Source: Folioceros fuciformis
Lineage: Eukaryota
Assembly: GCA_049999805.1 (NCBI GenBank)
Contig: JBNGIO010006150.1
Coordinates: 1 to 64,000 of the forward strand
Reading direction: 5' to 3'
Length of the DNA stretch: 64,000 bases
Shown here: positions 37,236 to 50,450 of the stretch, piece after piece
Position numbering within the stretch: the first letter of the stretch is position 1
Layout: every line of letters begins with the position of its first letter
Translations under genes and position numbers: made by a program
The notes under the pieces: generated by a model
Told to the model about the DNA's origin: nothing
The model's database searches: none
Seen by the model: the letters and a program-made list of their open reading frames with translations, nothing else

Positions 37236-40200
37236 TCAGGATCCTCCGAATCTCTTTATGTGTTCCAGTTTAAGAGCCTTCACTTCTCGCGTGTACATCC
37301 TGGGAGCTATGGCCATGGACATGAGCTCCTGGAACAGGAGCTTGCACGCGTAGGGAACGTGCACTTGCACTATATCCGTCTTATTCTTACATCCTCGGCA
37401 CTCGTAGGTGTTCTTCTTCAAGTTGGCGATGGCGATGAGGCCGCAGTGCTGGCAGACATGCACCCTGTAGGCGTCGCTCTGATCGAAGAGCCTTTCCTTG
37501 AGGAAGTGGGCTGCCCCATGTGCTATCATGCAGTCCCTCTCCATCTCCCCGAACCTGAGGCCCCCATCTCTGGACCTTCCTTCAGCAGGCTGGCGGGTGA
37601 GGATCTGCACGGGGCCCCTCCCTCGAGAATGGATCTTGTCGTCCACCATGTGCTTCAGCCTCTGATAGTAGGTGGGTCCTAGGAAGACCATGGCAGCCAG
37701 AGGCTTCCCTGTGTGCCCGTTGTACATTCTCTCGAACCCCCGCATCTGGTACCCGCACTTGTTCAGAGCCTTGCTGATGTTGTCCACTGTGACATCCGTG
37801 AAGGGGGTGGCGTCCCCCTCCTTCCCCATGTGCGCTGCCACCTTCCCCATGATGCACTCGATCAGCTGCCCGATGGTCATTCGCGACGGGATGGCATGCG
37901 GGTTCACGATGATGTCGGGAGTGATGCCCTCCTGGGTCCACGGCATGTCCTCCTGCGTGTACGTCATCCCCACAGTCCCCTTCTGCCCGTGCCGGCTGCT
38001 GAACTTGTCTCCGATCTGCGGGATCCTGATGGACCGAACCCTGATCTTCACAAACCTGAGCCCATCGGCGTTGGTGGTGAGCAGGACCTGGTCGATCATC
38101 CCGCTCTCGCTGTGCCGGAGACATGTGCTCTGATCCCTCTTGGAGTATCTCTGATGGGTCTGATCCCCGTGCTCCTCCCCGTGCAGGGGCGTGGTCTTGC
38201 CTATGATCACATCCTCCCCAGACACCCTGGTCCCGGGAGGAGCCAGCCCATCCAGATCCAGCTTGTCGTACGAGCCATGCCTCATCCCCGTCGTGTTCTC
38301 CCTGTTGGGCCTCTCGAACTCCTCCTTCACCAGGCTCCCCTGCTTCTTCTCCTCGTCCCTGTACGACCTGTAGAAGATCGAGCGGAAGAAGCCCCGGTCT
38401 ATGGCAGACTGGTTCATGATCACCGAGTCCTCCTGGTTGTACCCAGAGTAGCATGCAATGGCCACGATAGCATTGATCCCCGCAGGCAGCTGCCTGAAAT
38501 GCAGATGTTCCATGGCCCTGGTGGTCACCAGAGGCTTCTGCGGGTAGTACAGCACGTAGGCCAACGTATCCATCCGGAGCTGGTAGTTCGTGACGTAGAT
38601 CCCCATGGCCTGCTTGCCCATGGCAGACTGGTACGTGTTCCTCGGGCTCTGGTTGTGGTCAGGGAAGGGGATGATGGACCCGCACACTCCCAGAATCATG
38701 GACGGATGGATCTCACAATGGGTGTATATATCAGAGTATGCCTCATCCGGATTGTTCCTGGCATTCACAAGGTCAGCAATGGTCATGGAGATCATGGTCG
38801 TCTCCTCCTCCTCCGTATCCACGTACTCGAAGAAACCCTTGTCCACCAGCACATTCCACCCTCCCGCCGCCGACTCCCTCTGCTGCAACGCTCTCATGTC
38901 CGACTTCTTGATCAGCAGCCGCTGCTTCTCCACGATGAACAAGGGCCGGCTGCACCGCCCATAATCTGTGTACAGCCTCAGCTCCTTCAACCTGATGTCC
39001 CTCACAACCCCAACTTCCGGATTCACATCCACCTGCCTCCTCAGCGACCTCAAAGTCCTCACCAGCAGCTCGGGGTCTCGATGTATCCCCACCCAACACC
39101 CGTTGACAAACACCTTGGTGGAGTTGGGGATCACGGCAGGGGAGATCTCCTCGAACCCTTCCGTGCTCCACTCGTCCAGAAACTCCAGAATTGGGTTGGC
39201 CACGGATCCCACCGTGATGTAAGCCATGAGAGCCAGATTCTTCACCAACCCACAAGCCTGCCCTTCAGGAGTCTCTGCCGGGCACATCATCCCCCAGTGC
39301 GAATTATGCAGCTGCCGGGGCTTGGCCAGCTTTCCTTCCCTCCCGATGGGAGAATTCAGCCTCCTCAGGTGGGAAAGGGTCGAAGCATACGTCAGCCTGT
39401 TCAACACCTGCGACACTCCAGCCCTCACCCCCGCCGTGTTGGCCTGCCCCCAGTTCCCCGTTGCCAGAGAATACTTCAAGGCACTGGTGATGGTCTTTGC
39501 CTTCACAGCGTATGCCAAATTCACATCCTTCCCATCATCCACGCACTTCTGCAGATAGCTCCTCACGTCCTTGGTCAGCTTCCTGAACAGCATCCTGAAC
39601 AAACCCCCCAGCAAAGGTCCTGCCAGATCCAGCCTCTTGTTCCCATAGTGATCCCTATCATCCTCAGCCCTCCTCCCCAAAGCACAGAGCAGCAGCCGGT
39701 GGATGATGTATCCAAAGAAATACGCTTTCTTGGTCTCGAAGAACTCGCCCACTCCCACATGGGGAAGCATCTCCTTCTGCAAGATCTCTTTGGCATACTT
39801 GATCCGCTTCTCCCTCGTCACCCCAACGGTGGACCCTCTCTTCCCGATATAATCCAGCGCCACCTGCTGGTTCTGGATCACAAACGCCTCCTCCAGCGAC
39901 GGCCTCAGAAGCTCCATCATGGCAGTGTCCGTGAAGTCGTAGCAGATGTGCTCCAGAATGTCCTTGTCTGCGACATATCCCAGAGCTCGGAACACGACGA
40001 TGATGGGGATCTCGGTTCTGATGTACGGAAGAGTTGCTCTGATGTACTGCCCCGAGGACCCCCCTTTCGCCCCGGCCCTGGAGAGCATGCGAACGAACAT
40101 GCTGCTCGCTGGCCGGTTCTGATTCTCTGCCATAGACCTCACCTCCGCGACGAAAGCGTACTTGTTCGGCTGCCGTTTCTTGAAGACGTAGACGTGGTTT

Positions 40201-40805
40201 GTGCTCATTTTCTCCTGCGCGATCAGAACCTTCTCGCTGCCGTTGATGATAAAGTACCCGCCCTGGTCGTAGGGGCATTCTCCGAGTTCGGTGAGATCCT
40301 TGTCCGAGTTTCCATGGAGCGTGCAGTTCCGCGACCTCAGCATGATGGGAACCTTGCCAATGTACACCTTCGGGAGCTCCTCCTGCTCCACCTCCTCCTC
40401 CCCGTCGTCTCCCTTCCTTATCACCTTCTTCACCACGTCCATGTAGAGGGGAGCCGAGTAGGTGAGGTTCCGCAGCCTGGCAGCTTTCGGGAAGAGGGTG
40501 GCCGTCTCCCCGTCTGATTCTGTCATCATCGGCCGGCTCAAGTATATCTGCCCGAAGTTGATCTTGTACAGCGTCTCCCCCTGGTCCGCCTCCCCCGCGC
40601 TCCTGCCCGGGTTGTGCTGCGACTCGGACCGGATCTCGATGTCAGCCGACTCATCCACGATCTCCTGCATCGTGTTCAGGATGAACTCGTCGAACGAGTC
40701 CAGCTGCTGCCGCACGAGCCCTTTCTCCTCGAAGAAGGCGCTGATCACAGCCCACGCATCCTCCTGCGTGATCTCTTCGTCTTCTTCCTCCTCGTCCCCG
40801 TACAT
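37236..40805 (-). CDS. NRPB2: RNA polymerase II second-largest subunit, 1189 aa in one uninterrupted ORF
   Basis: [58 protein letters not shown]-terminal Zn ribbon. Confidence 0.98.
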   Translation of the reverse strand: MYGDEEEEDEEITQEDAWAVISAFFEEKGLVRQQLDSFDEFILNTMQEIVDESADIEIRSESQHNPGRSAGEADQGETLYKINFGQIYLSRPMMTESDGETATLFPKAARLRNLTYSAPLYMDVVKKVIRKGDDGEEEVEQEELPKVYIGKVPIMLRSRNCTLHGNSDKDLTELGECPYDQGGYFIINGSEKVLIAQEKMSTNHVYVFKKRQPNKYAFVAEVRSMAENQNRPASSMFVRMLSRAGAKGGSSGQYIRATLPYIRTEIPIIVVFRALGYVADKDILEHICYDFTDTAMMELLRPSLEEAFVIQNQQVALDYIGKRGSTVGVTREKRIKYAKEILQKEMLPHVGVGEFFETKKAYFFGYIIHRLLLCALGRRAEDDRDHYGNKRLDLAGPLLGGLFRMLFRKLTKDVRSYLQKCVDDGKDVNLAYAVKAKTITSALKYSLATGNWGQANTAGVRAGVSQVLNRLTYASTLSHLRRLNSPIGREGKLAKPRQLHNSHWGMMCPAETPEGQACGLVKNLALMAYITVGSVANPILEFLDEWSTEGFEEISPAVIPNSTKVFVNGCWVGIHRDPELLVRTLRSLRRQVDVNPEVGVVRDIRLKELRLYTDYGRCSRPLFIVEKQRLLIKKSDMRALQQRESAAGGWNVLVDKGFFEYVDTEEEETTMISMTIADLVNARNNPDEAYSDIYTHCEIHPSMILGVCGSIIPFPDHNQSPRNTYQSAMGKQAMGIYVTNYQLRMDTLAYVLYYPQKPLVTTRAMEHLHFRQLPAGINAIVAIACYSGYNQEDSVIMNQSAIDRGFFRSIFYRSYRDEEKKQGSLVKEEFERPNRENTTGMRHGSYDKLDLDGLAPPGTRVSGEDVIIGKTTPLHGEEHGDQTHQRYSKRDQSTCLRHSESGMIDQVLLTTNADGLRFVKIRVRSIRIPQIGDKFSSRHGQKGTVGMTYTQEDMPWTQEGITPDIIVNPHAIPSRMTIGQLIECIMGKVAAHMGKEGDATPFTDVTVDNISKALNKCGYQMRGFERMYNGHTGKPLAAMVFLGPTYYQRLKHMVDDKIHSRGRGPVQILTRQPAEGRSRDGGLRFGEMERDCMIAHGAAHFLKERLFDQSDAYRVHVCQHCGLIAIANLKKNTYECRGCKNKTDIVQVHVPYACKLLFQELMSMAIAPRMYTREVKALKLEHIKRFGGS

Positions 40806-41501
40806 TTCTGCTGTTTCTGCCGCGTCTTCCTCGTCTTCTTGCTATCGTCTCACCATCAAGCCCAGCCCGGCTGCTGTCGAATGCCAGCGACCAAACTTCA
40901 AGCGTCAAGAACTACTGCCTCTTCCCAGCGCTGGGAACGCCGTTGATGTACGTACGTCGTGTTGAGTGATGAGCATGCTGACTCGGGTTAGTCTAGGTTG
41001 TAACCAGGGTTAGATGCGGGTTAGAAGCCTCTCGAGCCAGCCGCTAGAATGGCTCGAGGAGATGCACAGCGGGGTTTTGTTGGAACTCCACCGATTTGGT
41101 GGGAGGAGGCGTCTTTGCCGCACGCAGTGAGACGCGGGGAGGTGAGAATGAGCGGCAGAGTCAATGCTTTGAGAATTGCTGCTTTTCTGTTCTGGAATCA
41201 GGTTGTTGTGGTTGATGCTGCTCCCGTCTTGTGATGTGGGATCAGTGTGGGGTTTTAAGGCCTCCGTCCGTGCTTGGAGGATTGGGGGTGATGTGATGGT
41301 TGGTGCGGAGGAGGGAGCATGCGTTTCATTTTCAGATCCGGGTTGGTGTGTCAGGTGATGCTCAGCTGAATAGTTTGATTGGAGCTGAAGGAGAGGGAAG
41401 CGGTCCCGGATGGAGTGCGAGGGAGCAGCTGTGGCGGCCTGATTTTCTGAGGCTGCTCGGGCTAGCCATGACATGCATGCGCGCTCTGTTCCCGTGCAAC
41501 C

Positions 41502-43778
41502 ATGGCTGCTCCAGCTTTGTCCACGCCCTTCCAGCCGTATGTCTATCAGGTATGACTGCTTTCCAGCAAGTTGCAGGTTTTGATTCTCCTTGTCGATGGG
41601 GCTTCGTAGTGCGCAATCGGCACTCTATCGGTCTGGGGTTCTGGAGTCCTGTTAGGTTGGCTATGAGTCGGCCGCTGCTGATTTCTGTTAGCAAGGCCTG
41701 CAATTCCCCTGGCTGCTTCGTTCATCTGTATGTAGAAGGAGACGAATGGCTTGGTTACCATCTCGTGGAAGTCTGGTTGGTGAATTATAGTTGTTTTGTA
41801 ACTGCTACGGCGCCGGAATTCTGCTGAAGGACTTCAGTCTGATTCATGTGGATGCAGCTTTATGCTTTAAAGGCCCCTACGGTGTCTAGCTCTGTGACGC
41901 GTTTATCGGCTGTTTCAGAGTCCGCAAGCATCGATAACGCCGTTTCAGATACTTGGTGGGGAAGCACAAGTCGTGCAGGCAAGCTTTGGCTTCCTTGTTC
42001 TGCTTCTTGCTTGTCCTGTCGTTTTCCTCAGGGTGTTCTGGTCTCTGATCTGTTGTGGGTGCCTCTCGTGGTTCAGATAATGTTGAAACCAGATGAGAAA
42101 ATCATAGCAAGGCCAGGTATGAGTCTTAGCAGTCACTCGTTTGTTTTAGGAGACCAAGACTGAGTCTGACTATTTCGATAATATGCAGGCGCTCATGTCT
42201 CGGTTTCTTCTCACGTCCTCATTGCCTGTGGTGTTAACTGCATGCAGGAATGATGTGCTACATGTCTGGATCAGTGCAGGTGGAAAATAATCTACCTGTG
42301 GACAATAACCTCCTTGCTGGTTTCTTTCAATGGCTGTTTGCAAAACATCAGCCAACAATCACGTACTACTCAACTTCCACTGTGATTGTCATGTGCGCTA
42401 AACTATGCAACTTGTGTAATCTGGACACCAGAATGTCATTGTTGGTTCTGAAGTGGCCCAACTGGTGGTGAATACCGTCTCAGGTTTGTCAACTCCGGAG
42501 GTGGAGATGGCTACATTGGTTTAGCGGCCCCTGCACCAGCAAGGATTCTTCCAGTGCGCCCTAGCCTTTTGTCCGAATTCGCCTTTTCGTCTGCAAGCAT
42601 TGCTTGGAGACACTAATAGCTGTGGTTCCTTGTCGACAGGTTGACCTGGCCTTGTTTGGTGGGGAGATTATCTGCCAGGTGTTCTTCCAAGCCTCTGGAA
42701 AAATTCACTGGCCCTTACTCTGCAACCTGGCTTTGATTTAACAATCCTGATTATCTTGCAGCGAGATTCATACTTGTGCTCCATCAATGATGTGAAAGTG
42801 TCCTCTCTCACAACCCGACGCGTGCGGGCTGGGTTTTTGGTGGCAGAGGTGGAATCACTAGAATGTCGCTTTTGAGCAGAATGAATGTGCTCGGCAAAGT
42901 AGATGAGGTTGCAATGATCAGATATTCTCGGCAAAGTTGGTTTGTTGAGCAACCTCGTATCTGTCTGGTGTGGTTGCAGGCTGTTTACATGCACAAGCTA
43001 GTAGGACGCGGGCTTGCCTTCATCACAGCTGGAGGGTCTAGTAGGTTCTTGTCTGCAGTATCACCTGTTTAGTTGGCATTCGGTGGTTGTGACAGTGATA
43101 TCCTCCATGAGCATTTTTATGTTGTCTTGGTGGCCCCAATATCTTGCATTCATGTCCGGAGATATCTTGCTGGATTTGCGCTTAACATTCTCTATCGCGT
43201 GTGTTGTGTACAGTTGTTCAAAAGAGTCTTGCCCGGGGAGAAGCGTTGATTGTTGATGCTGGTTGTGTTGTTGCCATGACAAGCAATGTTAGTATGGAGG
43301 TGAAATACGTCGGCAACCTCAAGTGGCCGTTGTTTGCGGTAAATCTTATGGTTGACCTTCCAAGTTGCGATGTATGTTGAACCAGCTTACGTCTGTATTG
43401 AGCATCCCACCTACAGCATGCAAGATTGTTTTTGTATTGAGTGCCCCAAGCCGATCGGTTCTGAGGATGGAGTTCATGCACGTGTTGCAGAGTGACGGAC
43501 TCTTTCAAGCGCATTTGACTGGACCCGGAGTTGTCTTCATTCAAAGCTTGCCTTTCGGTCGCTTTGCTCAGCGTCTAGCAAGGTACATTGTATTAGGTTC
43601 CATCAGTGAATGACATGTCGGTGTGGTGTTGAATGTTGTTCTGAGTTAATGCCTCTCGCATTGCAGGGCCGTCTCAAACTCTACCATGCGAGAGAACCCA
43701 CGAGTCCTGTTCCAACTCATTTTGTTCTTCTTCCTAGCTTATGTCATGATTCTTACCTCCATACTTTTTTCCGAGTGA
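41502..43778 (+). CDS. AIM24/TRAP-like domain protein, multi-exon
   Basis: MAAPALSTPFQPYVYQ, QIMLKPDEKIIARPG, GYIGLAAP, KLVGRGLAFI, LTGPGVVFIQSLPF, C-terminal TM helix. Confidence 0.85.
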
Positions 43779-43989
43779 CCAAAGCCATTCAGCTTGCTCT
43801 TGGCATCCAGAACTTGAGGACGGCTCCTTGTGGGAACGCTACAGCAAGGAAGTGGACACCATTGCAACTTCCCTTCCTCTTAACGAAGTGAAAATGAGTT
43901 GATATCTCACATCCTTCAGATTAGAACCCGCAAATTTACTACAAATTTGCTAGAGTAGAACAGGAGTCCAGGATTTCAATTACACTGGC

Positions 43990-44260
43990 CATTTTTGACC
44001 ATTGTTGGCTATCAAACCAGTGCGCCCTAGCAATGAGCATTGGGGAACCGGCTTGGACCTACAAAGTCTTCCGTTTTGGAAGGGTGCAGGAACAGCTTTC
44101 TCCGGCTCTTTACAGCAGAGCTCCACGAAGAAAGCTCCATAACTAAGCTGGTCAGGCACATAACAAGCATCCTCGTATCTAACAAGGGCGAAGGACTCCA
44201 TTGCCACAGACAGCAAGCCTTCCAGCTTCCGACCTTCTTCGTTCGATGGAAGGCAGTTCC
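43990..44260 (-). pseudogene. Degenerate duplicate of the 3' end of the PqaA-like gene
   Basis: YGAFFVEL...TEDFVGPSRFPNAHC* mirrors YGAFFVEL...TEAVIVPNQFPYADCH, with a frameshift and a stop. Confidence 0.75.
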
Positions 44261-44400
44261 AGACATCAAAGGCACAAACCCGTTTCAGGGCCCTATCCCG
44301 TAATAGTTAGTGCCCTGCGGCTGAAATCAGCCGCAGGGCAGGAACACGAGCCCTGGAATGTCATCATACTGCCCATCTTTGTCTCTGTTGTCAGCGTTTA

Positions 44401-47187
44401 TCAAACAAGTATGCCCCGGCAAGCCCCTCCATGGCAATCAGCATAGGGGAATTGATTTGGAACAATGACGGCCTCCGTTGTGAAAATGTATGGGAACAGG
44501 ATTTCCGGGCCTGCAAACCAGAGCTCCACAAAGAAAGCGCCATAGCGCTCCTGGGCAAGCAAGCACATAACAACGATCGTTCTGTTCTGAAAACATGAAC
44601 CGTAATGAATAAATATGCACTCTGCAAATATGGACTCTTCAAGCATGAATTCCATAGGCAAATGAACCAGCTTGACATTGGAGTTGGAGCCTTGTGGTTA
44701 CACAAAGCTCGCCGCCATACCTCTTGGGAAGCTATGGATGCAGTGTAGGTTCTGACCCCATTGACAATGGAAGGACGGATGTTCTTCTGTCGGAAAAGGA
44801 TGGGCTGGAAACAGCCTCCCGAGATCACAAAAGTTGAGCTGCCACAGTTTTTGGCAACAAAATTACATTGAAGATCTGACAAAATTACATTGAAGATCTG
44901 ACCAGTAGGCTGCGACTCACCAGTCATCGATGTTGCCAGTCAGCCACCGAAAGTCCCGCCTCCTGCTGTCCTTTGTGTAAGCATACCACATGGTCGCCCT
45001 TAGGGGCTTGTCTAGAGTTTTTATCTGTAGAATCCCTCTGTCCCTGTCAACTTGCCACCAGTAGCTGGGCCGACTGATTTTCAGCTTTGCCGGAGAAGTG
45101 GACCTCACGATGCTCATGACAAGGTCATTCTCTGTCGAGGATGGTTTCAGGCTTGTTACTTTCTCATTTCCAGTGACGATGCTGAGATAGAAAGCCTGCG
45201 CAGCTGCTACAAGCTGGTGCACGTGCGGAGACGAGAATGAGAGTCCCCATGTGGTGTTAAAGCAGAAAAGAGGCCACAGCATACCTTGACCAGCCCCGTT
45301 GCTAGTGAATGCTCTGTGTTGGCCAGGACCAGCAAGTGTTTTTCGCCCTTCAACTCATTCCAGTAGTACAGGCTGCATGCATGTACATGGCAGAAGGGAG
45401 TTTATCCTTCCTGCGGACAGCCATTCCTAAGCAACCACACAAGCTAACAAAGTATGTACCTGTCATCCATAAAGAAAAACTCATCATTTGAAGCTATGAC
45501 AATGAGCTTTGGCATGGTGAGCCGTTCCTTGTACACCAAGGGGTCCACTATGCTCTGCGATGTACGAGAAGCATCATGACAGGTTCCTTCTACTATCAGA
45601 TGATACAATAGCCCGGGTAATTGGACTCTGACCATAAGTTCAACCATTTCCGGTGTATCCAGCTGTGCAGTGATGTTCAGGGCGTAGTAGGGCTCAAATG
45701 CAAAGGTCCAGCCGCCAAGAGATTGATAGAAGTGGTGAAGGTTTGGCACAAAATTTAGAGCATCCATAACGATTGGGATAATCCCTACGACACGCTGCAG
45801 ACCCACCCATGAAGGTCAGGCTCAGCCTTTCAACATAAGGACAGGCGATTGCAACTGTCAAAGGTCTGCATTAAAACAAAACAAGCTCTTGTTGTCAGCC
45901 TGAACTGTACTACAACTGGTTGTTGGAGGGTTAGTGGGTCCATGCCTTGTCCACGGCACCTGTGGTCCAGGTTGTCCAGCCACGTTTGCTTGCCCCAGCA
46001 ACCACAAAACTGGAGACCTGTAAGATCACAAGGTCAGAAATGCTGTGTCCTGAGGTTCATGTTCACCACTGGCTCCATGTGGTCAGCTGGTCAAAGGGAT
46101 TGGGAATGCATGGAAGACCTTAGCATTCAGCTGTAGACTGGCATATTCCTGAATCACATCCATTGCTCGGACAGAGGACTTGGTCATAGGAAGCCGAGCG
46201 AGCCATCTAGAACTGTCAGGGTGCTTCATAAAGTAGTACCAAGTATCTGGAAAACGTGTGGGAATAGTCAGATTCAGCAGAAGAGATGAGCCAAGTAAGC
46301 AGGTGAAGGGAGTGCACACACTGCAATCAATTGGAAGTACAAAAGACCTACAGGCAATGAGATCATCTTCATAACGATGCATTCGACTTCCATCACTTGT
46401 GAAACGGCAAGGTTGGTTGGGCACTTGATAAAGCACAGCAGTTATGGTCTTTGTGTTCACGGCAACACTAACCAACCATGCAAATCATTACGGCTACATT
46501 CTCACAGTTCGATCACCTCCCTCTCCTCACGGCATATTCATAGACATCAGCCTCATAACAAGGAATGCTTACGCCGCTGCTAGCTCAAGAAGCTCGTCTT
46601 TGGCTGTGGGCGGATCATTTGTGTTGCTACCTCCTCCGATGAGCATAAACGCTGTGTCTACAAACTTCATTGAGCCAGGCTTCTGCAAAAGAAGTTGACA
46701 ATGGACAGACCTTCATTCATGCTGTGCATATCACAAGAAGCTATTGCACCCAATTGTCAGACCACACTTCCCCTCACCACAATGACAAGGTGATGCGTCC
46801 ATACTGCACAGTCCACATCGTCGGTGGATAACCACCCTTGGCTGGTCATGTTTAACACATGACCCTCCCATCTCCCCGTTGGAAACCATCCCTTCACTCG
46901 TGTGTCTGTGTCAAACCAGCTAGACAATAGACGACACCCTGCCTATGAGGCTAATTCCATGAATTCTGAACCTAGCAGCATGACACTTCTCAACTGCTCC
47001 TCCGAGTTCTGAGCATATCGGGCATGCATGCACACCTGAAGTGTGGATCGGGCTGAAGAATGTAATCGTCCAGAGGAGTCCCTGAGACTGGTCCACACAG
47101 ACAGAACCCGACAAACAGTAAGGGCATCGCTTCAATCCAGATTCTTGCCATAGCTGCTGCCATGACACAATACATCGCAGCACCCAT
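44401..47187 (-). CDS. PhoPQ-activated pathogenicity-related (PqaA/AprA) family secreted protein, multi-exon
   Basis: Signal peptide then TPLDDY, LNMTSQGW, LYQVPNQP, EDDLIA, RLPMTKSSVRAMD, GASKRGWTTW, IPIVMD, IVDP..RLTMPK..NDEFF. Confidence 0.85.
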
Positions 47188-47624
47188 ATGCACTGTAGGG
47201 GTCCGACAGGAAAACTGAAGTGCTAGCTCAATGGTTGTAGGGATCAAATGAGGGCGCCAAGTGGACGAAGATGAGAGGTTGGATTTCGTTATAACTTTTC
47301 TAGAGCGACCCTCTAAACTGGACAGACGAACCGTCTCCCTTGCGACCCACTTCGCCAGACACGCTGTGTTCTCACCGGAGTGTGTCAACTAGCCCAGGAA
47401 AGCAAGTTCTTGATACCCTCCTCGTAGGGTACCCTGCAACTTAGACTCCGCACCGCACATTGTGTGACCCACATGTCCATGCCCTTTTTTACAACCATGC
47501 GCCCATCGTGTGACGTACAGCACCATCTTAGCAACCATTATCACTGTGGAACAGGATGTTGGAGGTTGTGTCTGACTGGATGCTGCATGCAGAGAATTGA
47601 AGTGTCAACTAGCGGACAGAAAAG

Positions 47625-48238
47625 ATGGGGTACCACCACGTACTGTCCAAACATGAGGGTGCGATTGTTCAGCACAGCAAGGCCTTTGATCAGCAGGTTC
47701 TTCGAGATAGAAGGCTTGTGAAAGAGCAGAAGCTCAAGATATAATGCGGGAGGAGACTCAAATCCAGGACTGGTGGGGGAAGGCCAGAGAAGGGCAAGTG
47801 TATCGCGAACTACAGGCAGAGCAACGATACATCATCGATAAGCACTGGAGGCAAGAGAACTACTTCCGAAACTGCGCCGATGGGGAGGTTCACAGGATGA
47901 GGGAGGTGGCCACTCTCAAGATGGCTGAGAAGGAGGTCAAGAGACTTCGCGAAGTCGACGAGTTCAACCAACACGTGTGGGACACGGAGATCAAATGGAG
48001 AGATTACGAGGCTGACAGGGAAAGATGGCATGACAGGCGGTGCCAGAGATTCAGGGACAATTTGAAGATTCCCAAGCTTTCTCTTATCACATACCCTGTG
48101 ACGGTGGACAAGATCCGCCTGTGCAATTCCTTGGGCCTGGAGCTTAGGAGACTTCCTATGCATGGAAATGCACACAGAGCACCTTGCCTTGATGGCACCT
48201 CTGGGCGGTTTGGAACTGAAAATATCTATATCCGCTAA
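47625..48238 (+). CDS. Hypothetical charged, helical protein (164-aa ORF from 47744, possibly joined to a 39-codon upstream ORF)
   Basis: ATG-initiated, E/R/K-rich, coding-like composition; no family recognised. Confidence 0.4.
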
Positions 48239-48985
48239 CGAGGATTGAATTTGATTGCACATCAGCCGACCATAGCTTTGTCCCGGCATTGCAACAACAG
48301 GTGCTGGTAAGCCCGCATCTGTTTGCGTCCAATAAGCCACAGCTTTTGACGTTTGATGGAAGTCCATCAGCCTGACCAACCACCATCACACCCACAGGCT
48401 CTCTGGCTTGCTCAGTGGTATCAGCAGAGCATCCCTAATCTGAAGCATCTGTAATCGAGACAACACAGGTCATGGCAATGCTTCATGGACCAATCACAAC
48501 CTTAAAACCCCTGAATATATTATATGCCAGACATGGGTCATTGTGGGACAAGCGCGGTGGATTCCGTTGCCACAGTCGGCTCAACTTCCAACCCGGCGTT
48601 CTGCGCTCCCTGGAGATGGAAGGTAGTTGGAAGCGGAGCCGCAAAACCCTGCAACAGCCCAGAAATAGCACATAATTGCCTCCATCTGTGAAGACTTTGT
48701 CCCTTCTAACATGTTGTTCATCAACCAATGGGATGTCACTGTCGTAGTAGATACTCGTTGATCGATCTTTGACTGCCGGTCCCTAAGATGCTGAATATGT
48801 AAGAAGAGGCTGCAGGCATTGTTCTTCTGGTGTGACGACATAATGACGGCAGCCAGGGCCGTCTCCTCTCCATCGCTCACATTCTGCAGCTCCACAAAAA
48901 TCGACTGCAGATTGCGGCAAGTGGGCATCAGATTGCATCGCCGACACCCCCTACCCTCCTTTTCTACTCCTCTGACCGCCCAACC

Positions 48986-50450
48986 ATGGACTTCATCCGG
49001 GCAGCACAGTAAGACTACCTATCTCCTGCACGTCGCTCTGGCCTCCATTTGCAGGCCACATTTCACCAGTGTTGTTTGCTTGCCCAGGAAAATTTGAACC
49101 CGTCCGTTCCTCACTGGATGAGAACAATGCCTTGGCTGACAATGAAAGGGAGCTTCTGCACAACCTGCGGGTGGCCATCTCCAGCCTGGGTGGAAACTCA
49201 GAGGTTAGCTGAAGCCAGCTACCATGCGCGTACGCAGATGTGCCCACGACAAGCACTCCCTTCCTTCGTGCCAGTTTCACTCTCATCTTTCTTTGGCTTC
49301 AGGATGTGGACGAGAACGGCCTGCTACGGTTTTTACAAGCCCATTCTCTCAAAGTCGAGAAAGCTGCCGAGAAGGTTATAGCCNNNNNNNNNNNNNNNNN
49401 NNNNNNNNNNNNNNNNNNNNNNNNNNNNNNNNNNNNNNNNNNNNNNNNNNNNNNNNNNNNNNNNNNNNNNNNNNNNNNNNNNNCCCATCTGCAGTGGAGG
49501 GCCGATTTCAAGCCCCAAGGATTCGTCTCGGAGGCAGAGATTCCTGATCAGCTTGCCTTGGCCACAACGTATTTGCAAGGCCATACTAAACAAGGGTATC
49601 CTCTGTTTGTCACTTTGGGACGGAAGCATTTCCCAACCGCTGATTTCGAGCAATTCAAACGTACGCTGCGCGTCATCTGCTTGCTTGCATTTGCTTCCTT
49701 CGTGGACTGGACCATGCAGCCCATACGCTGAGGGAAACTTGAGCTCTCGTTTTCGCAGGTTTTGTGGTGTATTTTCTGGATAAGGCCATAGCCTGGTGAG
49801 TTGGAATTCATCCCCCGGGCGTGCTTGCTGGACTTGTTTGCTATAGGGCCTTCACAACGTTGTCCATCCATGGCCGCAGTGCCCCATCAGAAGAGCCGCA
49901 TTTTGTGGGTATAGTGGATCTCAAGGGCCTAGGGTTGAAGAATTTAGATACCAAAGCTTTCATTGGCGCATTCACTATTGTTCAGGTATCTCCTCTTTTC
50001 TGGATGGGGTGTATTGAATGTCTGCAAGCAATTCTAGGTACATTGACTTGCTAGGAATTCTGGGCACAGAGATTTCAAAGCAAGCATCCCCCCCTGCACA
50101 TTGTTGTTTTGCAGGATCACTATCCGGGCAATTTGCACAAGCTTTACCTGGTGAACGTTCCGTTCATTTTCAATGGCGTCTGGAAAGTTGCGTCTCCATT
50201 TCTGGACGAACAAATCCGATCCAAGGTGGACTACTGTCACGAGCTTCAACGCCCATTGCACTTGGATGTCCTGCATATGTGTATCATAACTTTCGACTTA
50301 CGATGGCAGGTCATATTCGTTCCTGACAAGTCGACGAAGGAAACGCTGTTGTCTGAAATTGAAGAAGATCAGTTACCAATTGAATATGGTGGAAGAGCGC
50401 ACCTCGTTCCCCTGGACCACGCTGTGGTAACCACGTACACTGGGTTGTGA
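48986..50450 (+). CDS. CRAL-TRIO/SEC14 lipid-binding protein, multi-exon
   Basis: LLRFLQAH..VEKAA..HLQWR, IVDLKGLG, QDHYPGNLHKLYLVNVP, PFLD..RSKV.F, LPIEYGG. Confidence 0.9.

Noticed and set aside
37713..40517. 934-aa ORF antisense to RPB2
   Set aside because: It is the codon-aligned antisense frame; G/C-ending sense codons suppress antisense stops, and no domain is recognisable.
44857..44902. 22-bp perfect tandem duplication
   Set aside because: Real but intronic; ordinary slippage.
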